Origin: Octopus vulgaris
Lineage: Eukaryota
Assembly (NCBI GenBank): GCA_951406725.2
Contig: OX597836.1
Location: 20,212,001 to 20,276,000 of the forward strand
Length of the DNA stretch: 64,000 bases
Reading direction: 5' to 3'
The notes beneath the pieces are model-generated. The model was given only the letters and a program-made list of their open reading frames with translations. It searched no databases and was not told the origin of the DNA. Shown here in pieces: positions 51,679 to 63,552 of this stretch. The position numbers and the translations under genes are program-made. Each line of letters opens with the position of its first letter. Within the stretch, counting starts at the first letter, position 1.

Positions 51679-54600
51679 GCCTGCCTGTCTGCCTGTCTGT
51701 CTGTCTGTCTGTCTGTCTCCCTCCCTCCCTCCCTCCCTCTCTCCCTCCCTCTGACATGAAATTTTTTATGTATATTTATATATAGTATTTTTACTTTCTT
51801 CTAACCTAATGATAATAATAATAATAAAATTTCTCTCTTCAGCGTAAAGTGGTTCTCTCTTCTAAAATAGACCCTCAGCTCCATTACCCCAATGATTTGG
51901 TTGTCCACTACGATATTCTCTACTACACTGCCTCAGCATCCTTGAATGCTTACAACCTGAAAACCAAAGACCATTATACACTCCGAAGTGCTGACAGCAT
52001 CCTCTCACACAGCTTAACACTTTTCTCAAAGAAACTTCTTCCTGGTAATAAAACTGTTATCTATCTTATTTTTAAATATTTTAAATATTTGAAAATATTT
52101 TCATATCACTATGATTGTCTTCTTTCCAGCTACTCCTACCTACATTTATTTACATAATACAGATTAACTTTGTATCTCTACAGCAAGACAACAATGTGCC
52201 TGTCCCTTTGTCATACTTAACAATGGAAATTGTAGCTGTGATACCAGTGCCGGTGGCACGTAAGCGAACCATCCGAACGTGGCTGTTGCCAGCGCCGCCC
52301 CAATGGGCCTCCGTGCCGGTGGCACGTAAAAAGCACCATCTGATCGTGGCCGTTGCCAGCCTCACCTGGCCCATGTGCCAGTGGCACATAAAAAGCACCA
52401 TCCAACCGTGGCCGTTTGCCAGCCCCGTCTGGCACCTGTGCCGGTGGCACGTAAAACGCACCCACTACACTCATGGAGTGGTTGGCGTTAGGAAGGGCAT
52501 CCAGCCGTAGAAACATTGCCAGATCAGACTGGGCCTGGTGCAGCCTTCTGGCTTCCCAGACCCCAGTTTAACCGTCCAACCCATGCCAGCATGGAAAGCG
52601 GACGCTAAATGATGATGATGATGATGATGATGATGAAGCCCCTCAGCACTTAGCATGAAGTTACCTCCCTCTTTACTAAAACCCTACTTAGTCAAGAGGT
52701 TTTTTTGTGATCGAAGTTGTCTGGTGACATCATTAGTCAGTGTCACAGAAAAAGGTATCTAATACACTATGTAAAGTTACTGGCATCAGGATGGGTACCC
52801 AGCCATAGAAACTGTGCCAAAGCTGACTTTGGAAGTGAACACAGTCCTCCAGCTTGCTGGATCCTATTAAGCCATTCAACTCATGCCAGCATTGAAGACT
52901 GTTGTTAAATCATGATATTGATGATGATGATGGTGATAACATAGTTCAGCTGCTACCATCCATTTATAATCCAGTGCCCTCCTTTCATTGAATGATGCTT
53001 TTCAAATATACCTCCCATCCACCACCATCATCATTTAACGTTTCCCATGCATGGGTTGAATGGTTTGACCAGAGCTGGCAAGCAAGGGTACTGCACCAGA
53101 TCCCAATCTGATTTGGCTTGGTGCCACATATTTCGCTCCTTTGTCATCTAAGATAAAGCAAAAAAATGATTATTTTAATCCCACAGAACCTAATTTTGAA
53201 CACTGGTGTTTTATCCATATTTTCTTATACTGTTCCATCAAAATTGTGCCTTTGTAAAGATATTTGCATGGACCAGTGGTCCCTTTGTTAAACTTTTATA
53301 GACATTATTAAAGGCCAGGACATAGATAATGGAATTCAACTGGACCTTGGTCCATCATCAGTCATGTTGTTTTTCCACTGATAACACGATGTCCAAATCA
53401 TATTCAAATTAAAATACAAATATTGTTACCAGGTTTATTTATGTTACTTCTCTAAAAACAATCACGACCCTTCATAGATGCAATCCTCTCTCTGTCGTAG
53501 ATCTAACCACAAAGATTTAGTTGGTCAGAGGCTATAGTAGTAGATACTTGCCCAGAGTGCCATGCAGTCAGATTGAACCTGGAACCACATGGTTGGGGAG
53601 CAAACTTCTTAATCTTGCAGCCAAGCCTGCATCTCACTATTTTTAAAAATCTTCTGTGATAAATTTTGGAACCACTGGCTTAGAGGCTCCATCATTGATT
53701 TATGTGTGTGTGTGTGTGTGTGTGTGATACATTTGGATATTAAAGTTTTACTTTTCTATAAACTTTAGGCAACAACAAATGCAGTGAGGACAATGGTGGT
53801 TGTTCAGATCTGTGTCTGTCCCTCCCTGGTGATAATTATATTTGTGCCTGTCCTGCAGGAAAAGAACTTGACAACAACACCTGTACAGGTAAGATTTACT
53901 GTATGTTAAGTATCCCTTTTGTTTGTTTGTTGTGGTTCAACTTGGTGACAAATTTTTGAAGAGGGACTTCCCCCTCTCCCCTAAACTGATATTCACTATT
54001 GACAATTGTTTCACCTGTGTATCATATTCACTGTCTACATCTGTCCCTATCTTTAACCATTTATTATACTCTTTTAACACCCTCACACATTTACCTACCC
54101 ACTCACTCTTCCATGGGCTTCTATCCCTATTTTTTCTCTTATATTTTCTCTTGTACTTCAAGGACACACCCTTGCCATCTCTTTCTCTTTTTCCAGCTGG
54201 GAAAGCCATGTATCTTTTCTTCAACAAAAATCTGTTCCTGCCCCTCTATCATACTTCTCAACATCTGACATAAAGCCACCTCCCTCAGTATTACATTTTC
54301 CTCCTCAGTGGACGAGTCTTGTCTTGCAAATTACTTAGTGACCTCACTGGTGCTGGTGCCACTTACAAAGCAATCAGAACATTCTGTAAATTGGTTGGCA
54401 TTAGGAACAGTATTTAGCCATAGAAACCATACCAAAGCAGACATTGAAGTTTGGTGCAGTCCTCTGACTCACCAGTTCCTCTCAGCATGGAAAAAGGACA
54501 TTAAACAGTGATGATAGACTCAATGAGATGGCATACTAAGGGTGGATGAGCACGACAAGGCTACAAATTTTGGGGTAGGGGCTGTAGTTTGTTAAATCAA

Positions 54601-55676
54601 CTTCAGTACTTCCTTGCTATTTATTTTATTACCACCCTACCATCCTGGGAAGAAGGCAGGAGACAGTCAACTTTAGTAGGGTTTGAACTCAGAATGTAAA
54701 GTGATGTAAATAAAGACTTAAAAACATTTGATTTATCACCTTTACTAATCCTGCTATCAACCACTAACCCCAACACCACTACACCTATAACCCACCATCA
54801 CAACCACCATAAGTACCATTAATAACACAACAACTGCAAACAACAAGGCTACCACTACAAACAGGAACACTACCAATGCAAACAACAATACTACTGCTAC
54901 AGGCAACAACACTACCACTTCAAACACGAACATTACCACTGCAAACAACAATGCTACCACTATAATTACCATCAACACTAATAACACCATTAGTACCACT
55001 AACATTATCACCACCACTCCCATCACCACCCAACACCAATACTACTTTTATGAGCACCACCACCACCACCAGTAACACCAGACCATCTCTGCACTTCTGT
55101 GTTCAATCATAACAATGTTATTTTGAATTGATTGAAAGGTGGCAAGCTGGCAGAACCGTTAGCACGCCGGGCGAAAATGCGTAGCCGTATTTCGTCTGCC
55201 GTTACGTTCTGAGTTCAAATTCCGTCGAGGTCAGCTTTGCCTTTCATCCTTTCGGGGTCGATAAATTAAGTACCAGTTACGCACTGGGGTCAATGTAATC
55301 AACTTAATCCGTTTGTCTGTCCTTGTTTGTCCCCTCTGTGTTTAGCCCCTTGTGGGCAATAAAGAAACACATAACAATGTTAGTTTGAATTGATATGAAA
55401 TGACATGATTGAATTTAACGATTTTTCAGCAATCAAGGGATACGTGCAACCAGATAAATGCAAAGCACAAGATGAGTTTTCCTGTAACAATGGATTTTGT
55501 ATAACCAACGAGTGGGTGTGTGATGGAGACAACGACTGTGGGGATAATTCCGATGAGAACAGTACCTTCGTTGAAGGAGGATGTGGTAAGTAAAAACAAA
55601 AAAACAAAGAGAAAAAAAAAAGTTGCTGTTCTCTCTAATTCTCTTTAAAATGTGTGTATGCTTTTATATATGTGTA

Positions 55677-55707
<31 letters not shown>

Positions 55708-55724
55708 GTATGTATGTATGTATG

Positions 55725-55755
<31 letters not shown>

Positions 55756-55756
55756 G

Positions 55757-55791
<35 letters not shown>

Positions 55792-56456
55792 ATAAATACA
55801 AAATGGGACAAGAACGCAAAACATCCGGACATCTTGGTGATACAAAAAGGGACTACAAAACATCCAGATAGACGATACAAAGAAAACAAGGACGGGTCAT
55901 TCGAAGTTTTCTATCTTCAGTCAAGGACCAGATTATCCTCGCAATTTCAGCTGATTATTCTTGAGATTGCTCCAATCTGGCCAGCCCCAAGGAAAAACTA
56001 AGCTAAGAGCATTAGATTCCATGGAAGAAAGCATCGAATGTGTACAAAAACAAGAACGGAAACACAGACACTGTTACACAAATATAAATACAATAAAAAT
56101 AATAACAGGACATAACAACAGGTGTCTTTCGACTAAGGACGAATTGAATTAAGCTGGCACATGTGGAAATGAAGCCTTACAGCAGAAATAAAAATTTCAC
56201 ATTCCTTTTTGTGTCATCTAGTTGTCTGGATGTTTTGTGTTCTTGTCCCATTTTGTATTTATGTATATATATATAGATATTTTTTTTCCTCTGTCTTCCC
56301 TTCTCTGGATCTTTCCTTCTCCTATGTTTCCGATGAAGAGCTCCGCTCGAAACGTTAAACCCTCCTTCTTCCCTTCCTTCCTGAGCGTCCAATAATACTA
56401 TATTTGTTCCACGTCCTTGCGTTGTTGTGTTTTTTTGTGCTTTCTTGTTTGGATTA

Positions 56457-56497
<41 letters not shown>

Positions 56498-57758
56498 CCG
56501 CGTACGTACACTTTGTTCTCTTATATATATGTATGTATGTATAATTGTATCATACTGTATTGCACTGTATAGCATTGTACTGTGTTGGACATGGCATTGT
56601 TTTATATCATACTTATTGTGTTCCTTTCCATTTTTTAGGTACAACTGAGTGCAACAGTGACATGTTCCGTTGTAACAACAAATGTATTCTTCAACAGTGG
56701 ATGTGTGATGGGGAGAAAGACTGTTTAAATGGTGATGATGAGGCTCCACAGAACTGCAACAGATGTAAGTCGGTGCAATTTTACCATCAACCATTGTTTA
56801 ACCCTTTAGCATTTAAACCGGCCATATCTGGCCAAAATATTCTCCCCTGTTTTATGTTCAAACTGGCCAGATCTGGCCTTTCACACCAACCCTACAATAT
56901 CGTTTTAAAAATTAACAGCTACCACATCAAAATCTCAAAGCTACAAGATAATGCATGATTAGTTCAAAACAATTTGGATAAAAAAGGATTAAATTTGGCA
57001 GAATAATGTGAACACTAAAGGGTTAAAAGAAAATCATAAAAGCAGGAATCTGTCACGGGATTTATGTCATTTGCTGTCCATAGTTTCAATTATGCAATTC
57101 CAACTGACTTTCTGTCCCCCTCCCTCCCTCCCTCTGCCTCACACACACCTGCTTAGAGATACTCAGACATGTTTTATCATTTAAATGACTTTCAGTTTCA
57201 GTCCTTGATTCACTGGCCCCTCCTAACACCTTGAAATCCCAAATTCTCTCTGTGTACCTTAACCATTCCATTCTCTCGCTAGAAATAACAACCAAATCTT
57301 CCATGACTCACATCCTGCCATCTTTGTCTATAACAGTTGCATTAGTATTATTCATATTAACCTCTGTAAAAACCAATGTGTAACTCTGTGTTGGTAAAAA
57401 TATAGAATGTATTCCATTTTCTTAAAACTCTGCAGCTCGTGAATGTCTTCCCAATCACCGGATGTGTACAAGTGTTGGTCGGTGTATCCCTGAGAATTGG
57501 TGGTGTGACCATGATCAAGACTGCCCTGGTGGAGAAGACGAAGATGATAAATGCAGTAAGTATTTTTATTACCTCCCTTCCCTGTTAACCCTGTTTGGTC
57601 TCTCAGGGGGTTTACTTTCACCAGTGCTGGCTATTGTAGGAATCACACCAGTGAGTTGTTACTGAATCAAATGGGCTGTGGATTTGTGTATATGTGTGTG
57701 TTAGAGAGAGAGAGCATGCTAAGTTGTGCATGTGTTTGTATAAATGTTCAGTAGCATT

Positions 57759-57790
<32 letters not shown>

Positions 57791-59353
57791 CCTACATACT
57801 GATTGATGTTCATGTGTGCATGCATGTGTGTGTGTGTGTCTTTGTGTCTGTGTTTGTTCCACCGCGGTTTGACTACCAGTGTTGGTATGTTAATGTTCTT
57901 GTAACTTAGCAGTTCTGCAAAATGGATTGATAGAACAAGTACCAGGCTTTAAAAAAAATAAGTACTGGTGCCTCAGCATGGCCACAGTCTGACTGAAATA
58001 AATAGATAAAATATCACTATCATTGTCACTCTTATCATCATTTACCATCCATGTTTCATGCTTGGTTTGTTTTGCTTGATAAGATTCGACAGGTCCCAAA
58101 ACTGCATCATGGCCCAATGTCTGCTTTGACATGGTTTCTGCAGCTTCCAAAGGAAATCAACTTTACAGAGGGTATCTGTTCTTCATGGCACCAACACTAG
58201 TAAGGTTGCTGTGCAGCCTGCAAAACTATGATCCCATCCAACTGAATGAGGTGACGGTTAAGAGGAAGGCAGTTTTATTGTCGAGATCAATAAAGATACA
58301 TTTACAACATACATTTCATTCCATTGTTCATCTAATCATGCAATTTTTTTTTTGTACTTTTTCCAGTTTACTCCACCTGTAAACCAGATTATTTTCAATG
58401 CACCAATGGGCGATGTATACCTTATGAACACCGATGTGATCGAGAGAATGATTGTCCTGATGGATCCGATGAGGTTGGTATGCTTCGCAATAATAAGTAT
58501 TGTTGGTGTTTGTGGAATGCAGGCATTGGTATAGTTGTGAGGTTAAGAAATTTGCCTCACAGCCATGTGGTTTCAGGTTCAGTCCCACTATATGGCACCT
58601 AGGGCAAGTATTTTTTACAATAGCCCTGATCAATGCTTTGAAAGTGAATTTGGTAAACAGAGAATGTATGTCCTTCGTGGAGGCACATAGACTAGTGGTT
58701 AGAGCAGCGAACTCGCCGTCGAGGGATCATGTGTTCAAATCTCAGACCGGGCGATGTGTGTGTTTATGAGTAAAACACCTAAGCTCCACGCGGCTCCGGC
58801 AGAAGGTAATTGCAAACTTCCGCTGACTCTTTCGCCACAACTTTCTGTAACTCTTTCCTCCTGCGAAGGACCGGCGTCCCGTCCAGGTGGGGAACCTATA
58901 TGCCAAGGAAACTGGGAAACCGGCCCTTATGAGCCAGGCATGGCTCGAGAAGGGAAACATCAATTATATATATATACACTAAACTGCCTACTTCCTCCCT
59001 CTACTTCTGTTTGCCTTCTTCAGCCATTCTGCCTTTAAATTTCACTGCATTATGATTTGAAATGTCAGATACTTATCTCTCTACCCTGATGATGGATCTA
59101 CCTAATGTTTATATGCTTCCACTACTGGTTGCATATATTAGACATTTTGTGAACTACATTTGACAACATTATGAATTAATTCCAAGCCCCCCAAAAACAG
59201 CTGTCGGACCTGTAATATCAAACAGCTGTCCTTAATTTTCTGTGCCTTTGTACTCTGTATAAGTTTGCTATGTTAATAAATATATACAAAGCTATATATT
59301 TACACATAAATATTCATCATCTGAACATTTTTAGTCTTTATTTTCTCTCTGTT

Positions 59354-59403
<50 letters not shown>

Positions 59404-62159
59404 CATATATATGTATGTATGTATATTTTGTATATCTAGCTTAAGCAGTCTTCTTTACTTGCATAATTCCATCTCTCACTCTCTCTGTATATATATATAA
59501 ATGGTTTCGGGTTCAGTCCCACTGCGTGGCACTTTGGGTAGGTGTCTTCTGCTATAGCCCCGAGCCGACCGGAGCTTTGTGATTGAATTCGGTAGGTGGA
59601 AGTTACTGCCGTGTGTGTATGTGTGCGTGTAGGTGCTTGTGCCTCTCCGAAAGAGAGAGAGGGGATGGTGGTGTGTGTGTGCGTGCATGTGTGAATGTGC
59701 TTGAAGCATTTGTTTATATTATGCACTGCCATGGTGAGTGATCATTCTGCACAATATAAGAATCCCTTATTTGAGGAATAAGGCCTAATGACAGGTAAAG
59801 CATCCAGCTACTAAATTCTACCTCAAAATCAATTCCCATCCAAGCTGTACTAAGCATGGAAAAATGAATGTTAAACAAAGAATTCTAGCATGGACTGTAA
59901 CTGTACTTGAGTGATATATAGACTTAATTCACTGTTTGATTTAACACCATCCCTACCAGGCCCGCAGGTACCTATAGAAGAGTGCACTCTGATGCAAAAA
60001 CTATCGGTGAAATACACCAAATCCTTGTAATGTTGCCACATTTTATGTTACTGTGTTTTTCTCTTTTTATTTCCTTGTATCAAATGTTCTTTTTTTTTCC
60101 CCCAGATGAATTGCAAATACCAGTGTGATCCAGGGCGAGAATTCAAATGTAAAAATTCTAGTATGTGCTTCCCATTGAATTTCCAATGTGATGGAACACC
60201 TAACTGTCCGGATGCTTCTGATGAACTTGGCTGCAGTAAGCTTTTTCTTCTCTAATTATGCTATAGATTTTCCTTTGTATCGAATTAAATTTTCTATCTT
60301 TTTATTGAATCAAAAAGATTCAACAAATAATCATACTGCTTTTCACATTTTATAATATACAATCCTGTTTTCTTTATATTTCATAGTTTAGACATGAAAT
60401 CTTAATCCTTTCATTACTGTATTTATTTTGAGATGCTCTGTGTTTCTTTCAATTACTTTAAATATAACAAAGAATTTAGTGTTAGAAACATAAATTGTGG
60501 CTTAGGTTTTAATTCAAAACTTATGAAAACAAGACATTTGTACTCAGAGCCAGAGCCGGTTTCAGTCAGGTTGGTATCAAAAGGGTTAAAGATTCACAAT
60601 TTACAATCTTGTTCTCTTAGATATATTTCTTGATTTAAAGTCATAGGCTTTAACATTTCATTATTTACAGACTTTATTTTGCACTATGTATTTTACAATT
60701 TTAGTTTCTTATATTTCAAAATTTTGAGACTTAATTTTTTTTACATTTCATAAGTAACTGTTAGGATTTCTTACATTTCATAATTAGTCATAAGTTATTA
60801 TATTTCATAATTCTCAGTGTTAGTGTCTTCCACTTCATAATTTCTGTTTTAGTGTCTTACATTTGTTAATTCACACTTTTACATTCATTCTTGTTTCAAT
60901 TAATGTCCATAAAAGAAGAAAATCAATTCACTAAAAGTCACAATCTGGATTTTTGATTTGATTTGTATATTTTAGTAGATACTGGAAACTTTGTAATGAT
61001 TTCCAACTAAATTCTTTTATTTTGTTTTGTGTCATCCTCCTGCAGATAGTACACGACATAGCTGTTCTAGTGATCATTTTACATGTCGATCAAACGGTCT
61101 TTGTATTCCAAGTGCTTGGAAATGTGACCATGAACCAGACTGTGACGACAATTCAGATGAAACTGATTGTAAGTAATTATTATTATTATATTTGTTTTTT
61201 TGTTTTTTATTTTTTTCTTTGGTTTTGGTTTTAGTCTATTCCCTCATTACTCTGTCACTTACCTCTACTCTCTTACCTGCCATTAATCACTCTAATGCTC
61301 ATTAATCTCTGTTATTCAGCATTACTGTCATTAATCACTCATCCATCATTACTCTGTCACCCCTTCGCTAATCATACTGTCGCCCATCATCAGTCACACT
61401 ATCATCCATCATTAACCACTGTCTTGCATCATTAACCACTGTCTTGCATCATTAACCACTGTCATGCATCATTAACCATTGTCATCCATCATTAACCACT
61501 GTCATCCAACATTAACCACTGTCATCCATCATTAACCACTGTCATCCATCATTAACCACTGTCGCCCATCATTGCACTGTCTGTTATAAAGGGTGTAGAT
61601 GTATTGTGTCTTTGACCCTACGCCCTTCCACTAACTGCTATTATTCCTCTCCAATATATCATCCCCCTTGTGTTCCCTACCTTACATCAATCTCACTGTC
61701 CCCTTAAAGGGCCTGTGAATACCATGGCCATAGCTCGTTCCAGAGTATTGAGGAAGATACAAAAAATGGAAAGAAAGAATTATTTAATCTGGGAATGTCT
61801 CCTTCTCAAGATGTTACATCTATGACTGGAATGTTTTTGTCTTTTACCAGGTTCAAAAGGTGGTTGTGCTCCTGACCTCTTTCAGTGCAGTAAAAACCAG
61901 TGTATCATCCAAAAATGGGTTTGCGATCATATCAATGATTGTCTTGATCAATCGGATGAAAAAAACTGCCGTAAGTCTACCACTTGATATGCACTACTTG
62001 CTCTTCATCTTCATTGTTATCACCATCTTTATTGTTGTTATTGTTATTATTATTGTTGTTGTTATTTTTATTATTATAATTGGTCTTATCAGTCACCTGC
62101 GGACTCACCAATAAATTTGTGCGAAGACCATCATCCTCGACCTTGAGGGATTGCCATAG

Positions 62160-62194
<35 letters not shown>

Positions 62195-63275
62195 GTAGTA
62201 GTAGTAGTAGTCTTATTATTGTTGTTGTTGTTGTTAATAAAGCAAGGTGGCAAGCTGGCAGAACTCTTGGCATGCTGATCAGAATACTTCACGGCATTTC
62301 ATGCGTCTTTACGTTCTGAATTCAAATGTTGCCGCGGCCGACTTTGCCTTTCATCCTTTCGGGGTCAATAAAATAAGTACCATTTGATCCCTGGGGTTGA
62401 TGCAATTGATTATCTACCCCTCTTCTAAAAAAATTCAGTCTTTGTGTCTGTAGTAGAAAGAATTATTATTAAAATAAGGCAGTGAGCTGGCTGAATAATT
62501 TGCATGTTGGACAAAATGTTTAATAGCATTTCGTCCATCTTAACATTCTGAGTTCAAATACCGCCAGGGTCAACTTTGCCTTTCATCCTTTCAGAATCAA
62601 TAAAATAAGTACCAGTTGAGTAATTGTATTGATGTAATCGACCTTCTCTCTCCTTGGAAATTGTTAGCCTTGTGCCAAAATTTGAAACCATTATTATTAT
62701 TATTACTATTATTATTATTGAGTGAGAGAGCAGTGCATGCCATCAAAGTGACAATGGGGTAAAATATACGAAGTCCAGTATACCCATTATGACTACCCGT
62801 CTGATAAGGGTACACAAGGCACATGCTTTACAACCATATGTGCGTGATATAGTGATCTCATATCAAGATAAACAGCGCATGACACCTTGCAGGTGGGGCG
62901 CAGTCGGAATTTTCTTCTGGTCGAGTAACCCATCCCACTCAAAAGGTCCCTGAATAAGGATTGTTTAAGGATGTTGAACGAACCACCCATATTTCCAAAG
63001 GTGAATTATCCAAACCTCTAAGAATTCCTTTCAACACATGGCTATGATTCTCCCCCACAACTTCTGCTTGTGATCAGAGATGCACATATCGTCAGCCACT
63101 AAGGGACATGCTCAACTGGTTATGGTCAAACAACTGACAAGCAAATCTGTGGTATTGAGCAGAATATTTGCTGTAGCCCATCTTTTATATCAAGACGAAA
63201 CAATGTACATGATAACACTTCCAATCAGTTAAGATCAGGAGCTATGAGAGCTACTGTCTGGTATTGCATCAGGGC

Positions 63276-63329
<54 letters not shown>

Positions 63330-63340
63330 CATTATCCTTA

Positions 63341-63391
<51 letters not shown>

Positions 63392-63516
63392 TTATTATCA
63401 TTATCCTTATTATTATTTTTATTATTATTATTATTATTATTATTTATTATTTTTATTATTATTATTATTTTTATTATTATTATTATTATTTATTATTATT
63501 TTTATTATTATTATTA

Positions 63517-63552
<36 letters not shown>

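Noticed and set aside
52241-52470. Repeat-spacer appearance of GTGGCACGTAAAAAGCACC units
   Set aside because: The intervening segments are homologous to each other; these are tandem units of a LINE 3' UTR.
53325-53366. CTGATGA-tggacc/ggtcca on the minus strand
   Set aside because: Good helix II, but followed by GAAT with no helix III or helix I closure.
54757-55029. Hydrophobic 90-aa ORF
   Set aside because: Degenerate (CAC/CAA)n simple repeat.
61400-61575. Regular 20-bp repeats as a possible CRISPR-like array
   Set aside because: Head-to-tail minisatellite with no unique spacers, in a eukaryotic intron.
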